From NCBI GenBank assembly GCA_963701975.1, contig OY969692.1:995754-1059753 (forward strand): DNA of 64,000 nucleotides, in the 5' to 3' direction. Below the pieces are notes generated by a model, which worked only from the letters and a program-made list of their open reading frames with translations, did no database searches and was not told where the DNA came from. The position numbers and the translations under genes were made by a program. Source of the stretch: an uncultured Gammaproteobacteria bacterium. Its GTDB lineage: Bacteria > Pseudomonadota > Gammaproteobacteria > Steroidobacterales > Steroidobacteraceae. This document shows, one piece after another, positions 18,947 to 28,345 of this stretch (its first letter is position 1; the number at the start of each line of letters is the position of its first letter).

Positions 18947-19585
18947 CTAGCGCTCTGAGTGGGCGGCCCACCCTTCCCCGGCCAGAGTTCCTGCCCATGT
19001 GCCCAAAAAAGCTCCCGCGATTATATCGCTGAGAAAGTGCCAGTCCCCAACGAGCAATAGACCAGCGGCAAGCAGGAGCAGCGCGGCAAGAGGCCAGATG
19101 CTGGCTTTATAGAGCCTCATGAAAACGCCCGCAAACGCTCCTGCCAATGCCATGTGGCCTGACGGAAAGCTGCTGTTTTCGGATCCCATCCAAAGATTGA
19201 AGCTATGTCTGGCGCCGTGTATTACATCTGTAGGGTTTGGAACCCCGAAGAATACTTTCAGCACGTGATCGTTGACGACGTAGGCACACATCGAGGCTAG
19301 GCAGGCAATCGCCAAAGTCTCTCCGAATACCGAGATACGGCCTCTCACCAAGCGTGCAAGGACCATGAACAAGATCACCGCCGACTCCGCAGACAAAATG
19401 ACAGCAGCTCCGAAGGCGTCATTCAATGGGCTCAGATGACGACTGGCGTTCCAGAAGCGCAGCGCGGTCGGCACATCAATGCGCACGAACAAAAAAGCGA
19501 CTACTGCTGCGCAGGCCACCAACGATAGGGCCCAGATCCGCATGACAACAGCAACACGCTTCAAGATGAGGACTCCCTTTCGCAA
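18947..19585 (-). CDS. PAP2-family membrane phosphatase
   Basis: Multiple TM helices. PAP2 motifs FPSGHMALAG and DWHFLSDIIAGAFLG. The start is uncertain: the listed start is TTG at 19585, and a TTG at 19564 has a better GGGAG upstream. Confidence 0.7.
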   Translation of the reverse strand: MRKGVLILKRVAVVMRIWALSLVACAAVVAFLFVRIDVPTALRFWNASRHLSPLNDAFGAAVILSAESAVILFMVLARLVRGRISVFGETLAIACLASMCAYVVNDHVLKVFFGVPNPTDVIHGARHSFNLWMGSENSSFPSGHMALAGAFAGVFMRLYKASIWPLAALLLLAAGLLLVGDWHFLSDIIAGAFLGTWAGTLAGEGWAAHSER

Positions 19586-19923
19586 AAGCCGACGTTACGG
19601 GATCGGGTTGAACGTTGATCGCCGCATGTGAATTACTGTAGCAGACAGGACCGCGGTCCCTGGGACCGGCAGGGGGTGGTCGCGACCACCAGCCGCGATT
19701 ACAGCCGGAAGAAAGCTTAGCCTCGGGCGGCAGTAAGCGGCAGAACCTGGGTGGAGTTTTGGAGGCTTCTGATTCTCGCGGAGAATGCCGAGCGCTTGAC
19801 TAAGCGTACGTGGTGAAGAAATCCAAGTGGCCAGCTAGGGTGGCGGGAGTTGACCCCTTCGAGACGGTCACGATCGGCAGCTATCAGGCATTGCAATTGC
19901 CGCGCCGATCCTGTCCTACTGTC

Positions 19924-20319
19924 CTACTGCTGCTTCAGAGCACACGGTTTGAGTTCTATTGACAATGCATGCACTTCCGAGGCGCCGACGTTCTCGAGCG
20001 AATGACTCAGGCCTTCACGCCATGTCAAGTCACCAGGCTTCAGATTGAGCTCGGTCACGATGCCGTCGGGCGACGTACTTCGCATCTGTCCGCCTGCGAG
20101 TATGTATACGAGCCCGGGTGGGTGCGAGTGCATTGGGTCCTTAACGCCCGGCTTGGCGCGGTACTCATAAACTCGGACGCGGTCGTTTTCGAACCGGGCG
20201 GTGTAGAGTTGCGGCGAGAGCTTGAGCGGGTCCATCTCTGTCTGTGCGATGGCTACGGTCGCGATCGCAGTGGCGGCTCCGAAGACCGATCCGCAGAAAA
20301 AGAGCGCGGTAGTGTTCAC
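19924..20319 (-). CDS. Secreted cupin-domain protein
   Basis: Signal peptide, then DPMHSHPPGLVYILAGG...LKPGDLTWREGLSHSLENVG (cupin-like His/Glu pattern). 131 aa. Confidence 0.7.
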   Translation of the reverse strand: MNTTALFFCGSVFGAATAIATVAIAQTEMDPLKLSPQLYTARFENDRVRVYEYRAKPGVKDPMHSHPPGLVYILAGGQMRSTSPDGIVTELNLKPGDLTWREGLSHSLENVGASEVHALSIELKPCALKQQ

Positions 20320-20569
20320 GTTACATCCTCAGATAGGAACAAGGCTTACTGACAGCAAAGGACGCTTATTGGCCGACTCCTTTCTGTACAGTGACTCCGA
20401 GCGACCGAGCGTATGGCCACTTTCGGGAACGCTGAGCAGCTAGTCAACCGGCCGGTTTTGGCCGGGAGCAGCGGTAAGTAATCGGTAAGCGCTGGCTGGC
20501 TGACCCGTTCCCGTCAGTCGTGACTAGCCGGTATCGGGCGATGATTCCGATCTCATCTGCGACGAGAAC

Positions 20570-20695
20570 GACGTCAAATGCCCAAAAAATACCGCCACCT
20601 GTGACGCCGCTGCTGCTTGCGGAACACTGCTTCACGCCGCTCATCTATCCCGCGCACCTGAAATACGTTCTTCGCCAAATCGATCCCGAATATGC
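20570..20695 (-). mobile_element. Relic of the 5' end of an IS110-family transposase gene
   Basis: The minus strand translates to FGIDLAKNVFQVRGIDERREAVFRKQ. This is clearly related at both nucleotide and protein level to the N-terminus of the transposase at 24751 (VGIDLAKNVFQVHGIDERGKAVLGKQ). It has no start codon and similarity decays after about 125 nt. Boundaries are approximate. Confidence 0.55.
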
Positions 20696-20722
20696 TCAGT
20701 CCGCGCTGAGTAGGCTTGGTCG

Positions 20723-23026
20723 TCAATTCGGCAATGCCGGTATCACGTACAGGCCCGCGGTGCGGCCGACGGGTGTGGACGTGCCGTCGGCGTTGCTCTG
20801 GAGGAGAAGAACCTCGTACGGCTGGCCGGGACTGAGTTCTGAAGCGTAGGCCTCGGCCTCGCCGCAGGGCGGGTCGGCGCCGCCGCCACCCGGAGTCTTG
20901 AGCCAGTAGCCGATCAAATTAGCGTTGTCCTGGGTCAGCTGGCTGTTGGGTGTGCCGGTGGCGAAGATTCCAATCCAGCTGTTGGCTATGCGCGCCCCCG
21001 GGGGCAGGCAGTAGCGCACGATGGGATTTGCGCCATAGCGCACGCCGACATTGGCGGGGTCGCCGCCGCTCGCGGAGGCACCGACGATCTCCACGCCCGG
21101 ATACTTTTCGCTCACGAGTGGCAGCGGCAGGACGTTGACCATCATCGGCGCCTGGTTGGGCATCAGCGTGCCATGGCGCAGCCAGACGCCGTAAACGCCC
21201 GGCGCCAGATGCTTCGTCGGGATAGAAACCGTCCTTCCATCGCCTTCGAAGCCGTAGGTCCTAGACGCAGCCGTGGGCACCTCGCCCAGCGGCTCGATGT
21301 CGACACCGGTGACGGCGTCCACGCCTGCGGGCAACACCATCGTGAGTGGCTCGCCCCACTGCACCGCAGCCGACGTAGTCGCGGTGCCGAATGTATCGGC
21401 GATGCTGCCGCGGGTTGACACCGATGGCGTCGGCCAAAGTCGAGCATCCGCCCCGCCGTCGTGTGACGGTGCACCGGCAAACACGTCATTCACGGGCATG
21501 CCAAAGGTGTCGAATTGTCCTAGGTCGCCCACGCCGAGCGCGCTCTCGATGGTGCGCAGCAGATCGTACCCGTCGACATGCTCGCGCAGGACCGTGCCTG
21601 CCTTGAGCAAGCCCGGCGAACCTACCAGTATTGTTGGGATGTGGTTATCGGGCCAGCCCCAACCGTCGGCCTCGTCCCAGGTCAGGATCAGCAGCGAGCG
21701 GGAATTCTTCCACGCCGCCGATTCGATCAACGGTTGCAGGGTCGATCGCAAGAACTCGTCTTGCTTGGTGTTGGAAAAGCCAACGTCGTAGTTCTCGTAC
21801 CACGCCCCTTCGCCGTCCCACCAGTTGTCCGCCGCCAGCCAGGCGAAATCCGGTAACGTGTTGCTCGCGATTGCAGTTTTGAAGTCGGCAAGGTCGCGCA
21901 GAGCGGCGTCGCAGCGGACAGGATCGCCGATCACGTTCTGGAACTGAACGAAGGGCTCATCGTCCGGGGAGAAGGATGCCCGTCCTTGCCCCACAGAGTT
22001 CAGGTTGCATGGAGTTCCCATGAACTGGACGTATCCCTTCCAGTGCTTACCGCGGGCTTGCAGCAAGTCCCCCAGATGGGGAGCGGGAAGATCGAAATCG
22101 GGGTAGTAGGTCGGGCCATAGACAAAGGTGTTGCCGGCAACCATGGCGACATAGTTTTGGTCACTGGGATGGTAGGTCGCCCACATATTGTTCAGGACTA
22201 CGCCCTTGCCGACCAGCGATGCCACGAAGGGCATCCGCGCATCTGCAGTAACAGTGGTTCCATTGATGTGGAACACATCTGCGTAGTTGGTGTTTTCCAT
22301 CATCAACACATATACGTGGTCGAGCGTCGGGACGCGCGAGGGCGGTGGCGTCGCAGCTGCGGGGGCAAGGCCGTGGACATTGCCGTTGAGAGTCAGGCTG
22401 AGATTGTCAGCATAGGCGTTGTGAAAGGAGGCCATGCCACTCAGGAACTGTACAGTGACCACAATCCGCCGCGTGTCGACGGGCACGAGCCCGTCGACAT
22501 CGCGCGCCACAAGGCCGGTGGCATAGTTGCGCGCCTGCGCATCGGCATCGGAGATCACGACCGGGTCGCCAGTGGCGTTGCCCTCGCCGTCGACAAAGAC
22601 CGCGGTCAGGATTGCGCGCTCGGGACGGTCGCGCCAGCCGCCCAGCCAGCCAGACAGGTGGAACCCGACTGTGCGGCGGTCGATGGCCGCCGCCGCGGCA
22701 GCCACGTCCACCACCTGCTCCATCTCGGTATCGGCGCCCGGCGCGCCGAATAGCGCCTGACCGGCACGCAAGTTCGTCGGCAGGACAGGCGTCTCCCCGG
22801 CAAGACCGAAAGCGCTATAGCAAAGCACGCTTGCGGCGCCGCGCAGCACGCGCCATCCTGGTATCGACGTCTGGGCGTCCCAGTCATTGGTGCAATGTTT
22901 CAACTCAGCGTCACCGTTGATCAGGAGGTTGTGCGTTGTTTCGCCGGCGCTCGCGGACGTCGCTAGCATCCCGACCGCCACGGCACCAGCGGCGATACGA
23001 AAGAAATACGATGTCATGCGGAACAT
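20723..23026 (-). CDS. Secreted phosphoesterase-family protein (PLC/AcpA-like) with an N-terminal carbohydrate-binding-like domain
   Basis: Signal peptide MFRMTSYFFRIAAGAVAVGMLATSASA. Phosphoesterase-like block LDHVYVLMMENTNYADVF. About 767 aa. Start is the ATG at 23026 or 23017. Confidence 0.65.
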   Translation of the reverse strand: MFRMTSYFFRIAAGAVAVGMLATSASAGETTHNLLINGDAELKHCTNDWDAQTSIPGWRVLRGAASVLCYSAFGLAGETPVLPTNLRAGQALFGAPGADTEMEQVVDVAAAAAAIDRRTVGFHLSGWLGGWRDRPERAILTAVFVDGEGNATGDPVVISDADAQARNYATGLVARDVDGLVPVDTRRIVVTVQFLSGMASFHNAYADNLSLTLNGNVHGLAPAAATPPPSRVPTLDHVYVLMMENTNYADVFHINGTTVTADARMPFVASLVGKGVVLNNMWATYHPSDQNYVAMVAGNTFVYGPTYYPDFDLPAPHLGDLLQARGKHWKGYVQFMGTPCNLNSVGQGRASFSPDDEPFVQFQNVIGDPVRCDAALRDLADFKTAIASNTLPDFAWLAADNWWDGEGAWYENYDVGFSNTKQDEFLRSTLQPLIESAAWKNSRSLLILTWDEADGWGWPDNHIPTILVGSPGLLKAGTVLREHVDGYDLLRTIESALGVGDLGQFDTFGMPVNDVFAGAPSHDGGADARLWPTPSVSTRGSIADTFGTATTSAAVQWGEPLTMVLPAGVDAVTGVDIEPLGEVPTAASRTYGFEGDGRTVSIPTKHLAPGVYGVWLRHGTLMPNQAPMMVNVLPLPLVSEKYPGVEIVGASASGGDPANVGVRYGANPIVRYCLPPGARIANSWIGIFATGTPNSQLTQDNANLIGYWLKTPGGGGADPPCGEAEAYASELSPGQPYEVLLLQSNADGTSTPVGRTAGLYVIPALPN

Positions 23027-23699
23027 TCCTATGCCCCAAGGCTGAGCAGTGATTCGCCCCATCGAACGGAGCGGAAGAGCGGCGCATTCCCGGACGCGCA
23101 GACCTGTCGTCAACTTCTCAGCGTCCCTTATTTGTATATTTCTATCAGAGCGACATGACACGTTCGTTATTCCTCAATGCGATCAAGCCTTGGGGATTCC
23201 AGCCGGGAAAATGCGCTGCTACTTCTTCGGCAACCGACTTCTCGTAAGAGCACCGGCATCACAGCCTTGGCGTCACCAATAAGCTCGGACGATGGGGTCC
23301 GCGTAGCGAGCGGCTGCCTCTACGCCGCGTGGCGCCAACCCCTCGCTGCCTCCTGCAGTGGTAGATATGTTCCGGGAAGCTGTTTGCTTTGGCAACAAAC
23401 GGCTAGTCGGCGGCGGGAACGGCTGTACATGGACGCCCCCACTTGACCAAGCTTTCAGTTCATGAGGGCTAAAAGGATCAGATTGCAACCGTACATTCGG
23501 ACTTTTGCTGCGGCCTGAGCCGCTGTCCCTGATGGAGTTTGGCTGATTGGCTCCCTATCGCTTTCTCGCACTCGAAGTGCTGCAGCCGTTCTGGGTTTAG
23601 CCAACCACGGTCTTACCTGTTTTGCCATCACTGCGTGATCGCCTGAGCAATCGGTGGTGTGTTCTCCTGTGCTGCCGTTCTTGCCAGTAATTCAGCGGA

Positions 23700-24751
23700 T
23701 CATGCGGCCATGCGCGTTGGCATATAGTCGGCTTTAAATTCGCGCCCATGGGCGAGCATCGCCCACACGGTGCGTACGTTCTTGTTGGCCAGCTGCCACC
23801 GCGGCGATATTCGGATGCCGACGCTGGAGCAGATTGGTCAACCATCCATTGGTGTTATCGACCTTGTTCTTTGCCGCCAGGATGGCCGAGCGCGCCCGCA
23901 TGGATCAGCAGCGTGCGCAAGTCACGCATCGCCAGCGTTTGCTCATCCCCAGCAGCGTTGGCTTGCCGCCGCTGGAGCTTTGGCGTGGAACCAGGCCCCA
24001 GCCAGGTCGCGACGAGACTTGCCGGCCATTGTCAAAGCTGTGCGCATCTGACGATCGATGCGACCAGTGCGCTCGCAGCCAGAGGGCCGATCGCCCGGGA
24101 TCTTCTCGAGCTTGCGGCTGAGCTCGCTGTTGCGGTGCCAGGCGATAATCTCCCGCTCGAACTCCTGCATTTGCCGATCCAGCTCCTTCAGATGCTTGGT
24201 CAAGCGATCGATCAGGTGGCGAAATGGCACCGGTAGTTCATTGCTCGCATCCTCGAGGATCTCGAGGCACTCGCTTGGCGACATTGATGATCCCTTAGGG
24301 GATGACCAATCCAAACTCGCCCAACAGACGCACGGATCTGATTGGCCTGCGCTGAACGGGCCTTCACAAAACCCTGGCGCACTCGATGCACCGACAATAT
24401 CGCCTGTTGCTCGATGCTCTTCACCGGCACGAAGCGCATGTTAGGCCGACCCACCGCCTCACAGATCGCTTCGGCATCGGCGACATCATTTTTATTCGTC
24501 TTCACGTAAGGCTTAACAAACTGCGGTGCAATAAGCCGTACCGTATGTCCAAAGCGCTGCAGCGTACGGGCCCAGTGATGCGCACTGGCGCAGGCCTCGA
24601 TCCCAATCACACACGGCGGCAAATTTCCAAAAAATACGGCTACTTGCGCTCGTCGCAGCTGCTTGCCCAGTACCGCCTTACCCCGTTCATCGATCCCATG
24701 CACTTGGAACACGTTCTTCGCCAAATCAATCCCGACCGTTGTAATCTTCAT
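23700..24751 (-). pseudogene. IS110-family transposase, decayed (several frameshifts and an internal stop)
   Basis: The N-terminus is intact (MKITTVGIDLAKNVFQVHGIDERGKAV...IGIEACASAHHWAR...VKPYVKTNKNDVADAEAI). The remainder is spread over three frames: LLGEFGLVIP*GIINVAK, EILEDASNELP, IGPLAASALVASI, WLGLVPRQSSSGGK, LANKNVRTVWAMLAHGREF. The span is 1052 nt, i.e. 3n+2. Confidence 0.8.
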
Positions 24752-25035
24752 GGCGGACGCTCCTATCCATTTAAGTGGCTACATGAGCACTTCCACTTTG
24801 GCACGTTGATGCCGTTTAGCGGTGGGGGCGTCCATCCCATTGCTTTCAGGCTGTCAATTCCGGGTCCTGACCGACCGAATTTGGCCGTCAACGGACGTCA
24901 AACTGAGACGCTGCCTGGAACTGCGAGCTGGTACTTAAGAAGAGCCGCAGCCGATGAGAGTGCGACGCAGATTCTGCCTGGCGGGATGACAGCCACGAGC
25001 GCCACAACTACGCGCGGCGCGACGCCGGCGCGCGT

Positions 25036-25731
25036 TCAGTGCGCGAAGCTGATCGTGGTCCAGGCCTGCGGCTCGGGCTCACCGCGCCAGTTCAGGCCTT
25101 CGATGGTCAGCTGATAATCGCCCGGGCCGAGCGCCGTGCTGTTGAGCTCGATGTGCAGGTTGCCGTTGGAGTCGCGCTGCACGTTGTGCAGCACACCGAC
25201 CCGTCCCTGATCGATGCGATCGATGGTGACGCGAAACGCGGTGAACTGCGACCACGACAGATCGAACTTCAGGTCCGCCATCTGCGCATCGTGGCCGCCG
25301 ATCCTGACCAGGCTGCTGCGCGATGGTCCGGCGCGGCTCGGAATCACGGTGATCGAGCGCGTGGACTTGGCCGGATCGAGCGGCTGCGATGCCGCGCGCT
25401 GCTGCAGGCTGGCGAGCGAGCGCTCGCGTGCGGCCACCCGGTCCTGGAGCACCACGCAGGCGACTGCCAGGCCCAATGCCAGCGCCGCGGTGCCGATCAG
25501 CACCGGCAATCGTTCCCACCAGCGCTTGGCGCGCTCCTCCCACGGCGCCGCACGGCCGCTGGCGTCGAGCAGGCGCACCGCGGCACTGATCCGATCGGTC
25601 AATCCGATCTGATCGATCAGTTCGGGATGCTCATGACAGAAGCGCTCGAAATCCAGCGCGCCAGCGACCGGCATGCGGCCGCCGATGTAGCGCTCGACGA
25701 TGTGATTGCGGGCGATGAAATCGCGGTCCAT
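25036..25731 (-). CDS. Single-pass membrane protein with an anti-sigma-factor-like N-terminus
   Basis: Start chosen at the ATG at 25731 (MDRDFIARNHIVERYIGGRMP...). One TM helix (LPVLIGTAALALGLAVACVVL). The C-terminal domain is extracytoplasmic. No adjacent sigma factor gene. Confidence 0.5.
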   Translation of the reverse strand: MDRDFIARNHIVERYIGGRMPVAGALDFERFCHEHPELIDQIGLTDRISAAVRLLDASGRAAPWEERAKRWWERLPVLIGTAALALGLAVACVVLQDRVAARERSLASLQQRAASQPLDPAKSTRSITVIPSRAGPSRSSLVRIGGHDAQMADLKFDLSWSQFTAFRVTIDRIDQGRVGVLHNVQRDSNGNLHIELNSTALGPGDYQLTIEGLNWRGEPEPQAWTTISFAH

Positions 25732-25980
25732 GCAGGGCGCCGCGTCGGAGGCCTTCGCCAGCGACGGCACGGGAATATCCGGTGCGGCGGGGCGGCGGGG
25801 CGAGGCTGGCATGTGCATATCGTGCCGGGCGGGGGGACCGAGGCGCCGGTGCCAGCTCACAGTTTGCCGGCGGCCGGCGCGCCAGGATCGCGAATCGCGT
25901 CACAATATCGATCCTCCCCCCGACCCGTCTTGCGCTATGTTGTGGCCTTGCGCGTAGCCTTGCCATGGTGGTGCAGGCGA

Positions 25981-26434
25981 TTGACAAAATCGGACAAAAA
26001 CCAACCAGATAAGGGCAAACGGGCCGGCGAGGTGCGGCACGATTCGCGCGGCCATGCCGTGTGGCATTGGGCGACCGAAACGGCCCGCCATGCGGCGATC
26101 TCGACCTCGCAGCTGCTGCGCCGACTGGACGTGTCAGGCTTATCGCTCGAAGACGAGCAGCCGCCGCCGGCACCGGACAAGGCGGCTTCCGGTAAGTCCG
26201 AACCACGCCAGGCAGGGACCACCCAGGCAGGGACCACCCAGGCAGGGGCGTTCAACGAAGGCCGCTGGTGCGGGCGATTTGAAGCTGGCCGCGACCGGGC
26301 GCTCGGGTCGCGCGCGCGGCTATAACCCTTACGATGGCTCCACGGTGCGGCCGCCCCCGGCGGCGAAGAAGCAGCCCGCGGCTTCGAAGCCTGCCCGTAC
26401 CTCCTGGTGGCGGCGGCTGTTCCAGCGGCGCTGA
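25981..26434 (+). pseudogene. Small Lys/Arg-rich hypothetical protein, apparently split by a +1 frame change near nt 26245-26250
   Basis: Frame 1 runs from TTG at 25981: TKSDKNQPDKGKRAGEVRHDSRGHAVWHWATETARHAAISTSQLLRRLDVSGLSLEDE. Frame 2 continues: ...GYNPYDGSTVRPPPAAKKQPAASKPARTSWWRRLFQRR. The junction is at a GGGG run that follows a 15-bp tandem repeat. Confidence 0.35.
26209..26247. repeat. 15-bp tandem repeat CAGGCAGGGACCACC, about 2.6 copies
   Basis: Identical copies at 26209-26223 and 26224-26238, plus a partial third copy at 26239-26247. It encodes (QAGTT)n in frame 1. Confidence 0.85.
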
Positions 26435-26523
26435 CGCCGCGCTGACGCGACGCCGAAGCGGCGCGCGATCGTCGACCCTCGCGTAGACTTGAGCCCCCGT
26501 CATCACTCTGCGCTGTCCCTACC

Positions 26524-28308
26524 ATGTACCAGGCACCGATCAAGGATCTGCACTTCGTGCTCGACGAGCTGCTCGGCGTTGCAAGCCTGGCAGCGCTGCC
26601 GCGCTACCATGAATTCTCGAGCGAGCTGGCCGCCTCGGTGCTCGAAGAGGCGGCGCGATTCGCGCAGGACGTGCTGGCGCCGATCAATCGCCTCGGCGAT
26701 GACGTCGGCGCGAGCTTTCGCGATGGTGCCGTCCTTATGCCGCCGCAGTTTCGCGCCGCTTATAAGCAGTACACCGAAGGCGGCTGGACCTCGCTCACCG
26801 CGGCGCCGGAGTTCGGTGGCCAGGGCGCGCCGCTGGTGCTTGCGGTCGCCGTGGAGGAACTCGGCTTCGGTGCCAATGTGGCTTTCATGCTGTGTCCGTT
26901 GCTGGCGCGCGGCGCGGGCGATGCACTCGAGGCGGTGGCCTCACGACAGCTGCAGGCGCAACTGCTGCCGAAGATGGTGCAGGGTGAGTGGACCGGCACC
27001 ATGAACCTGACCGAGCCGCAAGCCGGTTCGGACCTGGCCGCGATCCGCACGCGGGCAACCCCCGAGGCCGATCATTATCGCCTGCGCGGCCAGAAGATCT
27101 TCATCACCTATGGCGAGCACGATCTGGCACCGAACATCGTGCACCTGGTGCTGGCGCGCATCGATGGCGCGCCCGCCGGCACCAAGGGTATTTCGCTGTT
27201 CGCGGTGCCCAAGTTCGTGCTCAACGCCGATGGCAGTCTCGGTGAGCCGAACGATCTGCGGTGCGTCTCGATCGAGCACAAGCTCGGTATCCATGCGAGC
27301 CCGACCTGCGTGATGTCCTATGGCGATCGCGGCGGCGCGATCGGCTACCTGATCGGTGAGCCGCATCACGGCCTCGAATACATGTTCATCATGATGAACT
27401 CCGCGCGTCTCTCGGTCGGCGTGCAGGGCGTCGGCCTGGCCGAGCTCGCGCTGCAGCAGGCCAACGAGTGGGCGCGCAACCGCATCCAGGGCCGCCCGGC
27501 CGGCAGCGAGGCGTCATCCGCCGTCACCATCGCGCACCATCCCGATGTGCGCCGCATGCTGCTGACCCTGAAGGCCAACGTCGAGGCGATGCGCGCGCTG
27601 GCGCTCTATGCCGCGCTGGAGCTCGACCGCGGACGCGCCGAGCCCGACGAGGCACGGCGCGCCGCCGCGTTGATGCGCGGCGAGCTGCTGATCCCGATCG
27701 TCAAGGGTTGGTGCACCGAGCAGGCCACGGAGCTGGCGTCACTGGCGATCCAGGTGCACGGCGGCATGGGCTTCATCGAGGAGACCGGCGTCGCGCAGAC
27801 GTTGCGCGATGCGCGCATCACCTCGATCTACGAGGGCACCACCGGGATTCAGGCCAACGACCTGGTTGGCCGCAAGCTCGGCCGCGATCGCGGCGCGGCG
27901 ATGACCGCGCTGCTCAGCGACACGATGCGCGAGCTGAATGATCTGAAGGGCAGCGACCCGACGATCCGCAGTGCGCGCAACGCGACCATCGAGGCCATCA
28001 CGATGCTGCGCGATGCGACCGAGGTGCTGCGCCAGCAGAGCGCCGAGACACCTGCGCGCGCCTATGCGGTGGCGGTGCCTTACCTGCACCTGTGCGGCCG
28101 CGTGCTCGGCGGTGCACTGATGGCGCGCAGCGCCGCGATCGCGGCCGCCCGGCTGGCTGCCGGCAGCGGCGATCAGAAGTTCTACCGTGCCAAGCTGCAG
28201 ACGGCGCGATTCTACGCCGAGTACCTGCTGCCGCAGTCGCTGAGCCTGTTGCGCGTCATCAAATCGGGCGGCGCCTGCGTGGCAGACGCCGATCCGGAGC
28301 TGCTGTAG
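26524..28308 (+). CDS. Acyl-CoA dehydrogenase (long ~600-aa type)
   Basis: GTMNLTEPQAGSDL, IFITYGEHD and GGMGFIEETGVAQTLRDARITSIYEGTTGIQANDLVGRK. 594 aa. Confidence 0.9.
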   Translation: MYQAPIKDLHFVLDELLGVASLAALPRYHEFSSELAASVLEEAARFAQDVLAPINRLGDDVGASFRDGAVLMPPQFRAAYKQYTEGGWTSLTAAPEFGGQGAPLVLAVAVEELGFGANVAFMLCPLLARGAGDALEAVASRQLQAQLLPKMVQGEWTGTMNLTEPQAGSDLAAIRTRATPEADHYRLRGQKIFITYGEHDLAPNIVHLVLARIDGAPAGTKGISLFAVPKFVLNADGSLGEPNDLRCVSIEHKLGIHASPTCVMSYGDRGGAIGYLIGEPHHGLEYMFIMMNSARLSVGVQGVGLAELALQQANEWARNRIQGRPAGSEASSAVTIAHHPDVRRMLLTLKANVEAMRALALYAALELDRGRAEPDEARRAAALMRGELLIPIVKGWCTEQATELASLAIQVHGGMGFIEETGVAQTLRDARITSIYEGTTGIQANDLVGRKLGRDRGAAMTALLSDTMRELNDLKGSDPTIRSARNATIEAITMLRDATEVLRQQSAETPARAYAVAVPYLHLCGRVLGGALMARSAAIAAARLAAGSGDQKFYRAKLQTARFYAEYLLPQSLSLLRVIKSGGACVADADPELL

Positions 28309-28345
28309 CGCGCCGCGCCGGCGCGACCTGCAGGGCCCGCGTGGT

